This document shows positions 1 to 12,048 of a DNA stretch of 64,000 bases, piece by piece (the stretch's first letter is position 1; each line of letters starts with the position of its first letter). The translations under genes were made by a program, and so were the position numbers. The DNA is from Heteronotia binoei (lineage: Eukaryota). The stretch lies in the NCBI RefSeq assembly GCF_032191835.1, contig NC_083227.1:83080001-83144000 (forward strand). The letters run 5' to 3'. Under the pieces are notes generated by a model. It was not told the origin of the DNA. It was given only the letters and a program-made list of their open reading frames with translations, and ran no database searches.

Positions 1-896
1 CTGGAAGTGATGTGATGTCATAATATTGGGGACAATGTTCTATGTGTTTTCACCAGAATTGACATCGCATGCTGGCATCTGACATTCCTGTCCTTGCCCC
101 TCAAATCTTGTCAGGTGTGCCAGGAAGTGGTTGGGGAGTGTGGAAGTATTTCAGGAAAATGTCAGTTTTTTTAATATAATAAGGCAGGTAAGGCTGCAAT
201 CCTACTATTGATTTCAGTGGCATGTCATTCCAAGTTAACATGCATAGAATCAGGGTATAATGCTCTGAAATCAAATTTTAAAAGTCACATGTAGGGTCCT
301 CTGATTCAACTACTTGATTTTGAAGTCCTGACTTAATAGTTTAGTAGTGTTTGGGACTCCTGACAATCTACAGAATCTACAAGTTCAGCCTCCTGAACAG
401 AAGATTGTGCAAATGCAGGAAAACAAAGGGAAGCCTGCTGACAATATAGTCACTGGCCTACGGCTGCTTACAAATAAAATCCCACGTGTGTATGACTGGC
501 ATTTTTCCTCATGGTGCCAGAAGCAAAGGAAAGAGATAACATTGTCTAGAGGTTTCCAACTGGCACAGGTAGTATTGATTCAGTTTTTATAAAGCCCTGC
601 TGCTGGGTCAGAATCAGAAGCTTGCTGGGTCAGGACAGAGGAAGTTGTGGCAGAATTAAACCATATTGACAGCAAACTGCATGTCACATTCAAACTCCTA
701 ACTAAGGAGGTCCTGATTGCAACAAAGCCACCCCGCCCCCCATGTCTGATTTTGCTTCCAAGCTATCTCAAGTGGAAGTCATACAGAAATCTAGTGGCTG
801 GTTGCTTATTACAAGGCTCAAATTAAGGAGGTCACAACTGCAGGAGCTGTTTTGCAGTTGTAAAGTGATGTCATCTCTAGGGTCGAGTAGTGGCAA

Positions 897-1316
897 TAGG
901 GTTGTTAGTTCTGAGCTGGGAAACACCTAGATATTTGGGGAGTGGAGCCTGAGGAGGGTGGGGTATGTTGAGGGAGAGAGGATTCAGTGAGGTTTGATGC
1001 CATACAATTTCCCTTCCAAAACAGCCATTTTCTCCAGGTGAACTAATTTCCATCACCTGGAGATCAGTTGTAATCCTATGTGATCTACAGCCACCACCTG
1101 GAAGCTGGCAACCCTAGGTGGCACCTGGAGATTTGCTATTACCACTGATCTCCAGATGACAGAGATCAGCACCTCTGGAGAAAATGGCTGCTGTGGAGAC
1201 TGGACTCCATGGCATTGTACCATCTGAGACCCCTCTCCTCCCTCAAACCCTGTGCTTCCCAGGTCCCTCCCCCACAAATCTTCAGGTATTTCCCAATCTG
1301 CAGCTGGCATCCCTGA
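897..1316. mobile_element. Two adjacent degenerate copies of the TAGGGTTGCC-terminus hAT-type MITE family
   Basis: tagggttgtt at 897 to ggcaacccta at 1116, followed by an oppositely oriented partial copy ending gctggcatccctg. Internal motifs (gaaaatggctgct, agatcag) are shared with other copies in the window. Confidence 0.7.
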
Positions 1317-1391
1317 AGATTCAAAGCAATCTTCAGTGGCCTTATTCATATTTGTTCTGTGTTGAATGAAAGGAACCTCAAAAGTTGTCAG

Positions 1392-2110
1392 TGTTTTATT
1401 ATTCATTATTAAATTTCTAGACCACCCACCCCTGTAAACAGGGCTTAGGGTGGTGTACAACAAACAAAACACAATCATAAATTAAATTCCCAGTTATAGC
1501 AAAAAAAATACAACAATTGGCCTAATTAGATGGTGCTAGCCAATTTCAGATTGTGCCACTGGAGAAAGAAACAGGAGTGCCAGAAGTTGAGAAGATGTAT
1601 CAGAACAGATGGTAGTTGTAACTGTCTTCAGCCAAACATCTGGCAGAACATCTCTGCCTTACAGGCCCTGTGGAACTGCATTAAGTCCCGCAGGGCATGG
1701 GCATTGCTCAGCAGAGAGTTCCACCAGGTCAGAGCCAGGGCCAAAAATCCTTGGCTCTGGTCAAGAACAGTTGGATGTCTCTCAGGTTGGGGATCACCAG
1801 TAATTTCTTATCTGTTGTGCGCAGTGCTATTTGCAGGGTATACCAGGAGAGGCAGTCTTGAATATACATGGGTTCCAGACCACTTAGAGCCTTAAAGGTT
1901 AGTACCAGAACTTTGCATCTGAACCGGTACTCCACCTAGAGCCCGTGTAGCTCACACAGTACAGGTTGAATATGTGCCATTCACAAGGTCCCCATGAGGT
2001 CCCATGCTGCTGCATTCTGGACCAGTTGAAGTTTCCAGGACAGTCTCAAGGGTAGCCCTGCGCAGAGTGAGTTACAGCAGTTTAGTCTGGAAGTGACCAC
2101 AGCATGGATG
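1392..2110 (-). mobile_element. L2-clade LINE 3' fragment
   Basis: ORF 1729-1935 (YRFRCKVLVLTFKALSGLEPMYIQDCL) is the typical L2 ORF2 C-terminus. The A-rich 3' tail lies near 1392-1450. Homologous to 17846-18317. Confidence 0.85.
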
Positions 2111-2705
2111 GCTAGGTTGAGGAGAGACAGGTAGGCAGCCATTACTTATGTACTTACATGTCTAGAATTCAAAATGGCTCTTTCAGGGCAGGTTCACATG
2201 TGAACAAGATCCTCAAATTCTCCATGCATTTATTTGTTTAACTTATTTATTAAGAACATTTCTATGCAGCCTCTCCAACCTGCCCAAGGTAGCTTACAAA
2301 TAAAAATAATTTAAAATATTAATTAAAATCCAGCATTTAAAAAGCTGAAATCCATAATAAAAACAGAGCACAAACATACACAAACACCTTAAAACAACAG
2401 TTTCAAGGCTAAAATACAGTTTAAAACCAACCTTTTAATTAAAAGCATGGATGAACAGAAACATTTTAGCCTGGTGCCTAAAAGAAAGCAACGTAAGCAA
2501 CAGGCAAGCCACAAGGAGAAGGGCATTTCACAAGTAAAGTGTCACTGCTGAAAAAGCCCTGACTCTGGTTGCCACCAGCCTCACCTCTGAAGGCACAGGC
2601 ACAGAGAGCAGGGCTTGGAAGGCAGATCTTAACTGGTGGGTTGGACAATATGAGAGGAGGTGGTCCTTAAAATACCCTGGCATCAAGCCATTTAGGATTT
2701 TAAAG

Positions 2706-3281
2706 TAGGAGTGTCATTTGTTATGAGGGCTGAATCTGACATAAATTAGGCCTTGCTGGGCCGCGCCATGTCAGGTTGGGCCAGGCCATGTGTGTACCTA
2801 TTTATGACTACGTAGCAGAGATATAAACTTTATAAAGGACATAAACAAACAAATTTTTAAAAAACCCTTGAAACATGATTAAAATATTAGCATTTGTTGA
2901 TCTTAAAGGCACTTTCTTTGTATTTCTCTGATGGGATCCAGGGAACTGGACAAAGGAAGATCTGGCTCTTTCCTTCCTTCCCCAGGGGACCAGGAGGGGG
3001 AGGAGCCTCAGCCAATAGAAGGAAGAGAGACTTGACTCAGTAGCTCTGCTATGTGATTGAGAGAGCCTGGCATAGCAAGTTCTCCCTCCCCCCAAGGGAG
3101 GAGCCTCAGCCAATTGAGAAAATAGAGGCTTTGCGCTGTAGTTCCTGTGCGATTGAGCAAGCCTGGCAAAGCAAGCTGTGATGCAAAAGGAAGCAAGAGA
3201 GAGGGAGAAGGAAGCAGATGACAGCCACTTGCTCGGGAGCCTGATAGGATGCCTCACGGGCCTCATTCAGCTCCTTACCTG
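2706..3281. mobile_element. Non-autonomous hAT (Charlie-like) element inserted in L2
   Basis: Flanked by near-identical 8-mers ttttaaag (2698-2705) and ctttaaag (3282-3289). Internal duplicated unit ggaggagcctcagccaat near 3000 and 3097. Confidence 0.75.
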
Positions 3282-3428
3282 CTTTAAAGGTAAGAGCCAG
3301 TCCTTGGAAGTGAGCCTGGAAACAAAGGGGCAATCAGTGTGGATTTTTCAGTTAGACATGGATAGATAGTTGTGTGCTCAGAACAGAAATCCCAGGTGTA
3401 ATGTGATTCCTGTATCCTGCACCTGAGG

Positions 3429-3627
3429 TAGGGTTGCCAGCCTCCGGGGATCTCCCAGAATTATGGTTGATCTTCAAACTACAGAGATCAGTTCCCCTGG
3501 AAGAAATGGCAGCTTTAGAGAGTAAACACTTTGGTATATTCTAGGTGAAGTTCCGTCTTAAACTCTGCCCTTCACAGGAAGGGCCCCTAAATATCCAGGG
3601 ATTTCCCAGGTCAGAGTTGGCAATTAT
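3429..3627. mobile_element. TAGGGTTGCC-family MITE
   Basis: Starts tagggttgccag and ends gttggcaattat (degenerate TIR). Confidence 0.7.
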
Positions 3628-4647
3628 ACAACAATGAAAATAGTGTGACTGCTGCATTTTGGATAAGCTGAAGTTTCCAGACTGTTGTGGCCAGATCATG
3701 CTTTTCAGCTAAAGCTGATGAAAAGCACTATATGAAATCTAGACCTCCTCTTGGCCAGGATCCAGCATACTGCTGAACAATGAACCTGTTCCTTCATGGG
3801 GAGTTCAACCCTTTCCAGGACAGGTTGACTCCTCGACCCTCAAACAGCTTTGCCATTGATCAACAGCACTTAATTCTTGTCTGGAATGAGTGTCAGTTGA
3901 TTGACCCTCATCCATCACATTACTGTTTCCAAGCACCTGTCCATGGCTTCCACAGACCTACCTGGCTCAGCTGTTAAAGAGAAGTAGAGCTGTCTGTCAT
4001 CTATATATTGGTCAGGCAATAAGATGTGAGAATCACAGTAATGTCAAAAACAAAACTAACCATGGAATTGTATGACTCAAGAACTGTGTATTAAATATGA
4101 CTGAATAAACCTTACAAATTTTATAAAATTATAATGTATGTTGTGTTGTAAGATAACATTACATAAAATTAGAAAACCTTAGGTAAATGATTTCAAACTA
4201 CTAGTATTGACAAGAAAGGCTGTATTATATATTCAGCTTCCCATTGCAGCCCATTGCTCTCCAAAATCATCTGGGGAGGGAGGACACTAGAAAGGCATGT
4301 TATGTAGGTGGAAATTGCTCCATCTGCAGAAACATTCCTGTGAATTCAGGCTGTAGTCTCAGCATTCCATGCTTGGAAATTAATTACCAGGTTTGTGTGG
4401 GCCCAATTTAGACTGAGACTGTGATGTGTGAGAAGGTAGAGGACTTCTGCATAGGGATGGACACAAACCCACTCATGAAGTAAAGTCAAGCGGCATGAAC
4501 ATTTAATGAACTGTGATGCTGCTCATGGTAGTTCGTGGTGGTTCATGAATGATTACATTTCCAGACAGACTGCTCATATGGTGGGGCAATGGTGGGGGTA
4601 AAATTCTCCAGCCTTAAAAACAGCAGTAGGAGCCCTCCAAAGCTTTA

Positions 4648-4941
4648 AGAACCCTGTGGCCCAGAGTGGTAAAGCTGCAGTACTGCAGTCCTAAGCTCTG
4701 CTTACAACCTGAATTCGTTCCCAGCGGAAGCTGGGTTCAGGTAGCCGGCTCAAGGTTGACTCAGTCTTCCATCCTTCTGAGGGCAGTAAAAAGAGTACCC
4801 AGCTTGCTGGGGGGAAAGTGTAGATGACTGGGGAAGGCAATGGCAAACCACCCCATAAAATGTCTGCTGTGAAATCGTTGTGAAAGCAACATCACCCCAG
4901 AGTTGGAAATGACTGGTGCTTGCACAGGGGACTATCTTTTT
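4648..4941 (+). mobile_element. Sauria SINE, near full length
   Basis: Head ccctgtggcccagagtggtaaagctgcagtactgcag and core gaaggcaatggcaaaccacccc. TSD aaagcttta at 4639-4647 and 4942-4950. Confidence 0.9.
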
Positions 4942-5124
4942 AAAGCTTTAGAAGCACTGCTGGCTGCCAATAGCAGAGTTCCTTTTCTGCTCTATAGGAT
5001 CAGAATGCTACATATACACTCAGCTCAGCTCCGCAGCCTCTCCTCTGTTAGCTGTTTGTAGTTACACAGAGAGGCTGGGAACTTGTTAAAAGCAGACTAG
5101 TGGTGCACATTCTTCCATAGAACA

Positions 5125-5718
5125 CCAACGCAGGCAGAGGACTTGGATGAGACACTCCTAGAACAGATTACAAAGTACTCAAAGAAATGGGACATGGTGG
5201 TCATAGGAGATTTCAATTACCCAGATATCTGTTGGAAGTCCAACTCTGCTAAAAATGAAGGGTCAAATAAATTACTGACTTGTCTTGCTGACAACTTCAT
5301 TTTCCAGAAAGTGGAGAAGGAAACAAGGGGATCTGCTATCTTGGACTTGATTCTCACCAACAGGGAAAAATTGGTTGATGAGGTGGAAGTAATGGGCATC
5401 CTGATAGTAGTGACCATGTAGTTTTGGAATTTACAGTCTTGGGAAAGGGAAAAGCTGTGTTTAGTCAGACCTATTTAAAAAGTAAGAAAAAAGTAAGAAA
5501 AAGACAAAGTAAAAAAAGAACAAGGACATGGTAGGTCCCTTGTAGGGGGGTAGGAAAGTGAAATTGTAACAGATGATGAAGAAAGGGCAGAACGGCTGAA
5601 TTCCTACTTTTCCTCAGTCTTCTCTTGTGAGGGAAATGGTACTCAACGTGGCAAAAACAGAACATATGATGAGGGAAGGGAGTTGCAGCCTAGGATCAGC
5701 ATAGGGGTAGTACATATG
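5125..5718 (+). mobile_element. CR1 LINE ORF2 endonuclease fragment, internally deleted
   Basis: ORF 5143-5421 contains [13 protein letters not shown] and [11 protein letters not shown], which are CR1 APE motifs. Confidence 0.9.
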
Positions 5719-6430
5719 ACACCCATCTACTGATGGGCAGCCAATCCGACTGCGCCCTAGACAATATGGACCTCGCACTACAAGCTGTGGCATCTTGGCT
5801 CAGACTGAATCGACTCAAGTTGAATTTGACGAAGACGGAGGTTCTCTATCTGAGTTGCAGTGGTCCAGGAAAGGAGATCCCTTTGCCAGCTTTTGACAGG
5901 GTGACACTGATACTGGCCCTGAAGATCAAGAGCCTGGGAGTGCTTCTGGAGTGCTCTTTGACTATGGAGGCCCAGGTAGCAGCCACTACCAAATCCGCCT
6001 TTTTTCATCTGTGGCGGGTACGGCAGTTGACCCCTTTTCTGGAACACGGCAACTTAATGGTGATCCATTCTATGGTCACCTTGTGAATAGATTACTAATG
6101 CCCTCTACATGGGGCTGCCCTTGACTCTGACTAGGAAACTACAGCTAGTGCAGAATGCTGCAGCTTGGTTGTTAAAGCGGCTTCCTTGATGAAAGCACAT
6201 TCAACCTGTGCTGAAAGAGCTGCATTGGCTGCCTATTGCGTTCTGAGTCCATTTCAAGGTGCTGGTATTGATCTTTAAAGCCCTATATAGTCGAGGGCCT
6301 GCCTATCAATGGGACCACCTTTTTCCATGTGTTCCCCAGAGAGCACTGCATTCAGAAGCACAAAATCTGCTTTCTGTCCTCAGACCAAGGGAGGCCAGAC
6401 TGAGCTCTACAAAAACTAGGGCCGTCTCGG
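5719..6430 (+). mobile_element. L2-clade LINE RT C-terminal fragment
   Basis: ORFs 5733-6086 (WLRLNRLKLNLTKTEVL, IKSLGVLL) and 6259-6534 (VLIFKALY...GPAY). Begins at the DDT motif. Confidence 0.9.
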
Positions 6431-6635
6431 TGGTTTGCCATTGCCTTTCCCAGTCATCTACACTCCCCACCCCCCAACAAGCTGGGTACTCAGTTTACCA
6501 ACCTCGGAAGGATGGAAGGCTGAGTCAACCTTGAGCCGGCTACCTGAACTCAGCTTCCGCTGAGATCGAGCTCAGGTCGTAACCAGAGCTTGGACTGCAG
6601 TACTGCAGCTTTACCACTCTGTGCCACGGGACTCT
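6428..6635 (-). mobile_element. Sauria SINE, 3' part missing
   Basis: Reverse complement of the 4648-4941 copy from the head through aaaccacc. Confidence 0.9.
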
Positions 6636-7853
6636 TTAGCCTGTATCTGTGACCCCTGCATAAATGGCAATGTTGCTCTCTTGAATGCAGAGCTCTTGCA
6701 ATGGAAGCATGAGCTGTACAAAAATGTGCAGAGGTTAAAGGCCAGCAGTCATGGCCAGTGGGAACAGCAGGTAGAAGAGGCTGGGGGGAGGAGGAGCTGC
6801 AGCCCAGATCTCTGCCTCAAAGTGTCCAGCCAGGGAGAAGCCTCACTACTGGTTGTCAGTGGTGAACTGGAAGGTTGTCAGCTGCTGCAGGTCTGCCAGG
6901 CACACTATGGCAGAGGTGATGGTGAGGGAGTACCTTCCTGAGTCCCCTGAACCCACAGTTGCAATGGTTCTGCTGGGCACATTGCACTGGTTCTCATGGG
7001 CTTGCAAAAATGCCCCCCATCTTCAGTTTCTACTGCAGAGATTCTTTGATTCTATTCTGCTGAGCGTCTATCGCCTTTGCCTCCTTTTTTTGCTGTTTTT
7101 CTTCACTCCATTGGAAACAATGGAGGATGGGGGGGGCCTTCTTTGGAGGGCCCAAACTTGGACCCTGTAAATCCAAACGTGGAAGGTGGGTAGAGGAGAG
7201 TCAACTGGAGATCTGCCATGGGTTTGGTGCCTCTAGCTTGCACAGGATCCATTCTATACACTCCTGAATCCCCTGAATCAGCACCTGTAATTTCCCTAGA
7301 AAGCAGTTTCCTGGGGGACCTATCTTTGAGGGGGGGGGGGGGTGTAACTCAGACCTTATAAATCCAATAATCACCAAATTTGGAGGGTAGGTGGAGGAGG
7401 ATTAGCCAGAGAACTCTGTGAGTTTGGTATCTCTTGCATGCCAGGAGGGCGTTCTACTGCATCACGAACCTCACAAACCAAGTTGGTTTAGCATCAAAAA
7501 ATTTGTGACAGTTTGGGGATCACAAACCACTCATGCCAAATACCATGAACTGATATGAACCATGTTTTCCTGGCTTGTGCCCATCTCTACTCCTGCAGGA
7601 TGCCCAAGTTAAAAGAGCACAGAGATGGAGTCAGGGCAGTACAGCCCTCTTTCCATGAATCTGAAGCCAACCACCAAGTAGGAGGGAGCATCTAAGCAGG
7701 AGCCATCTGTGAGTGTCAAGAGAGGCTTTTGCATAGCTGGCACATGCCCTAGTTCTAAAATCCCAAATTTCCAGAACCTTCCCAGGAAATCCAACTGAAT
7801 TATGTATATTTGTCAGTGCCTTGTGGGTTGTACAATTTATGTATGTGTATATA

Positions 7854-8060
7854 GACCTGGATAGCCCAGGGTAACCTGATCTTGTCAGATCTCAAAAGTT
7901 AAGCAGCCCTAGCTAGTATTTAGGATGGGAGACCTTCATGGAATGCTGGAGTGTGACACAGAGGCAGGTCATGGCAAACTACCTATGATAGTCTCTCACC
8001 TTGAAAATCCTACAGGGTCACCATAAGTCAATTGTGACCTGACAGCACTTTCCACCAGCA
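7854..8060 (+). mobile_element. 5S rRNA-derived SINE with RTE/BovB-type tail
   Basis: The head resembles 5S rRNA (gatcttgtcagatctc...aagttaagcag...ggatgggagacc). The tail catggcaaactacc...gaaaatcctacagggtcaccataagtc resembles RTE/BovB-type 3' ends. Confidence 0.8.
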
Positions 8061-8265
8061 CTATATTGCCATATTTTTGCTCCCATTATTTTGTTACATG
8101 GTGCAGAAGGAGAAACAACTACTGTTTTGAGATATATTTGTTTAATTAATGTAAACAATATCTACTCCATACATTTAGCCCAAGAAGGCTCCTGAGGAAG
8201 CTTTCAATGAAAACGAATTTTTCAAATCAATGATACACAAAACTTCCAGTAAAATAACCACCCCT

Positions 8266-8820
8266 TAGGGTTGCCAGGCCCCATTGTCACACTGGTCTGG
8301 GGATTGGGGAGGGCATTCCAGGAGTGGGCAGGGATATTGCACTAAGTGCATATGCTCAGAGCTTTTTGAAAGCAGGAATGCAGTTCCAGCTGGCTTGGCA
8401 TCAGGGGGTGTGGCCTGATATGCAAATGAGTTCTTGCTGGGCTTTTTTCTATAAGAAGCCCTATGTGGAACAATGGTGATGTCATGGGTGTGGCCTAATA
8501 TGCAAATGAGTTCCTGCTGGGCCAAAAAAGCCCTGCATACACTCCCTCCGTCAAGTGATGTAGGCATGCCAGTGACATCTGGAGTGATGCTCTGGTTGTG
8601 GGGCAAAACTCTATGGTAAAATTGCCCTCAAACCATAGTTTTGGCCAAAAACCAGAGCTTCTCTCCCCAGCAGCACCAACGTGTCTATGTCACTTTGCTG
8701 CGCATGATGTCATTGTTTTGGGGTGGGGAATTTCTTCCTGCCAGCCAGCTGGTTGCTGGTGAGCAACAGCCCATTAAAGCAGGGGACCCTTCAGCCCCAC
8801 TTGGGGAATGGTAATGCCTA
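8266..8820. mobile_element. TAGGGTTGCC-family MITE with a nested MITE
   Basis: Starts tagggttgccagg and ends ggtaatgccta. Internal palindrome is shared with 17468-17837. Confidence 0.7.
8357..8535. mobile_element. CAGGGCTTTTT-terminus hAT MITE carrying octamer motifs
   Basis: Termini cagagcttttt and aaaaaagccctg. TSD catatgct vs catacact, 6/8 match. Confidence 0.8.
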
Positions 8821-8966
8821 TGTGGGGCACCCCTTGATAATAAGGCACAAGGAAAAGACAGCAAAAGAAAAGCATATCTGAATCTTTTAGCTGAAAATAT
8901 CTTTTAGCTGAAAAGCAGCTAAAGAAAATTTTTAGAAGAATTTACCCAGTGTAATACTCAGTTTCA

Positions 8967-9028
<62 letters not shown>
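8967..9028. repeat. (TAT)n microsatellite, about 20 units
   Basis: Perfect trinucleotide run, read directly. Confidence 0.98.
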
Positions 9029-9031
<3 letters not shown>

Positions 9032-9417
9032 CCCATGGCCAGCATAGATCGAAACAAACTAATTAACATAAAATACAGAAAGTGACCAGCCATTTGTATG
9101 GAAATATTGTAGTATAATGTACAAAAGAAGGAGATATTTAAAGGATGAAGTGTAATACTGATTTAACAAGGGGCAGAAAATAAAACAAAAAAATAAAGTG
9201 AAAAAGAAAACAGTATCAACTGAAAACCCAAAGGAACAGAAATGGCTTAACCTACTCCTAGAACAGGCAACGCTGGGCTCCAAGTTGAATTTCTGTGAAG
9301 AAGGAGCTTATGGTAGAAAAGGGCTGCTCTGCAGTAATGACCCATTTCATTTCCAAAGGTGGAGGGCATGCGCAGAAATGATTTCTCTGAACCATGTCTT
9401 GACCACAGTGATAAATG

Positions 9418-9610
9418 GGGGAGGGGGCAGTATGGCTCAGTGTCATGGCTCAGTGGCAGAGTACATGCTGTCAATGCCAGAGGTTTAATCCCTGACATCT
9501 TGGGATCTCAGGTAGCAAAGGATGGGAAAGATCTTTCTGTCCCTAAAATTTTGTGTAGCCAGGCTGCCAATAAGTGTAGATAATTTGAAGCTAGATGGAG
9601 CAATAAACTA
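9418..9610 (+). mobile_element. Degenerate tRNA-derived SINE (CR1-tailed family)
   Basis: Head atggctcagtggcagagtacatgctg...tttaatccctgacatc, similar to 24135-24353 and 31177-31330. Confidence 0.6.
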
Positions 9611-9670
9611 GCTTCTTGTGTTTGGATATGCTTCTGCAGATACTAGCATAGCACTGCTCTGTCTTATAGG

Positions 9671-9922
9671 TAGTGTTCCCTTTAAGCTGTGCACATGAGC
9701 AGTCACTCATTAATGCAGGAAGCCCCCCCACTCAGCAGCAATCTGGAACCATGCTAGGACACTTCCCGCATTGTCAGTTCCCTTCTTGCCTGCACCTATA
9801 TCTATCCACAGCTTTCACTCCTTTCTGTACTGCCCATTGCCTATTATAAGATTACAGCAGTTATATTATTCTCAGGATATGAACTGCTCTGTTCAGTAGG
9901 GGGGAGATTAGAAGGAACACTG
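9671..9922. mobile_element. hAT-type MITE (CAGTGTTCCCTCTAAG terminus family)
   Basis: Termini tagtgttccctttaagctg and gattagaaggaacactg, the same TIR family as 43069-43284. No TSD recognised. Confidence 0.6.
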
Positions 9923-9993
9923 CTGTTGTGAGAAGAACTGATTGAGGGCCTGTGTTGATCTCCATGGACTATTCTAAAGGAGAATCTTATAAT

Positions 9994-10195
9994 CAGGGCT
10001 TTTTTTTTTTAGCAGGAACACACAAGAATGCAGTTCCGGCTGGCTTGGTGTCAGAGGGTGTGGCCTAATATGCAAATGAATTCCTGCTGGGCTTTTCCTG
10101 CAGAAAAGCCCTATGTGAAACAATGGTGCCATTAAGGGGTGTGGTCTAATATGAAAATGAGTTCCTGCTGGGCCTTTTCTACCAAAAAAGCCCTG
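9994..10195. mobile_element. CAGGGCTTTTT-terminus hAT MITE
   Basis: Perfect 8-bp TSD cttataat at 9986-9993 and 10196-10203. Confidence 0.92.
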
Positions 10196-10745
10196 CTTAT
10201 AATTACCTTTTTAGAATGCTTTCAGCAGACAAATAATTTGTCTTGAAAAACAAATAAGTCTTGCTGTTTTGTTAAACATATGCAAAAAGAAAAATATATT
10301 GTGCCGTCTTATAAGCTAAATGTCCATCTATTTGACTTTGCTCTACCTCAGAGAGTGTATCACATATACCTCATCGTTGATTCTTCAATTGTTTCCTAGA
10401 GCCCTTTATACATTCTGTGGTTTTGTTCAACGCTGTAGTATTCCCATGATTTAGCAAAACCCAGGTAATTCAATAAGAGACCACATGAAGTGGCTTCATT
10501 TTTATATCTCCCCCCCTCCCATGAAGTGGCTTACATTCTTATGTTTCACTGCCTGTTTCTCCCAATAGGTCATCATATTGCTATGTTGCCACTCCCACTC
10601 CTTTTCTAAAGTAAGAGCTGTTAAGTTTGGAAAGGACACTTCTTTCTTAGAATTATGGAATTCCATCAAGGCTGATCATGTTTAGAAAATGTAATTTATT
10701 AAAGGACTATTTGCACACCAAATTCTCTATGTGTTGAAGATACAG

Positions 10746-11415
10746 TAGGCTTGCCAATCCCCAGGTCCCAGCGGGGGTTCTTCCACTTTCCCAGGATCCT
10801 TCCTGCCCCCAGTCAGCTGGCCAGTGGGGGGAAGCTCCGCCCCCAGAGGACCATGTGACTTTCTACCTCCAGAGGCTTCAGTCTCCGATTGAAAGGCTCC
10901 CTCTTGGGATGGTGTGTCTGTGAAGAAGTTGGCAGCAACTCATGAGTAGAGAGGCCAACCCCTCACTTCAGAGTCGCCAAAAACGGGGTATGGGGGGGGA
11001 GGGAACATCTGCTGAGCACTTCATTATTCCCTATGTGGAGATCGGTTCTCATAGAGTATAATGGGGGATTGATCTGGAGGTTTCAGGGGCTCTGGGGGAG
11101 CTGTTTTTTGAGGTAGAGGTACCAAATATTCAGTATAGTATCTAGTGCCTCTCCCCAAAGTACCCCCCAAGTTTCAAAACGATTGGACCAGGGGTCCAAT
11201 TCTATGAGCCCCCCAAAAGGTGCCCCTATCCTTCATTAATTCCTATGGAAGGAAGACATTTTAAAAGGTGTGCTGTCCCTTTAAATGTGATGGCCAGAAC
11301 TCCCTTGGAGTTCAATTATGGTTGTCACACCCTTGTTCCTGGCTCCACCCCCAAAGTCTCCTGGTTCCATCCCCAAAGTCCCTAGATATTTCTTGAATTG
11401 GACTTGGCAACCCTA
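10746..11415. mobile_element. TAGGGTTGCC-family hAT MITE, 670 bp
   Basis: TIRs taggcttgccaa and ttggcaacccta. Perfect TSD agatacag at 10738-10745 and 11416-11423. Confidence 0.93.
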
Positions 11416-11775
11416 AGATACAGAGTTAACTGAAAAGAAAAAGAAGAAACATGAACATATTCAAAACCATACACAAACATAATGAACACAGAAATTAATA
11501 TTGATAATATCTTCAGATTATCCCTTTCCTGAGTTCCTGGTACTTGTAAGGTTTAACTTGCAATTGTTAATTTTTTATATTTCTGCATAATATTTAAATT
11601 GAAAATGTTGTGGTTTTTTTGCGCACCATATTGAGCCATTCATTGGAAAGGTAGCATATGTATATATCTCCTTCACTTTGAATGGCCTCATGGTCCAGAA
11701 CATCACATCACCATAGAACATAACTGGATGTCCTTTAAAAAACAAGCAAACCCTGTAGCTTCACAAGAACCACAA

Positions 11776-12048
11776 AGAAGAAGAAATAGACCATAGATTT
11801 ATATCTCACCCTTCTTTCTGAATCAGAGTCTCAGAGTGGCCTACAATCTCCTCTATATTCTTCCCCCACAATAGACATCCTATGAGGTAGGTGAGGCTGA
11901 GAGAGCTCTCACAGAAGCTGCCCTTTCAAGGACAACTCTTGCAAGAGCTATGACTGACCCAACGCCATTCTAGCAGGTGCAAGTGGAGGATGGGAAATCA
12001 AACACAGATAGGAGTCCGCACACTTAACCACTATACCAAAATGACTCT
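11776..12048 (-). mobile_element. Squam3/MIR-like tRNA SINE
   Basis: tRNA-like head (cttaaccactataccaaa on plus), MIR-like core (cctatgaggtaggtgaggctgagagag) and (CTT)n-type tail. Same family as 20570, 36256 and 49804. Confidence 0.8.

Larger units (their letters stand above)
2225..4010 (-). mobile_element. L2-clade LINE fragment interrupted by two DNA transposon insertions
   Basis: 3' tail near 2225-2300. The sequence resumes after the hAT insertion at 3290. The reverse complement of about 3968-4000 translates to YIDDRQLYFS, matching the L2 RT motif YADDTQLY. Confidence 0.75.
4452..7589. mobile_element. Large non-autonomous hAT-type element carrying nested retroelements
   Basis: TIRs tagggatggacacaaacc and gcttgtgcccatctcta. 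TSD cttctgca (4444-4451) vs ctcctgca (7590-7597), 7/8 match. Related copies at 46412-48344 and 52950-53761. Confidence 0.8.
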
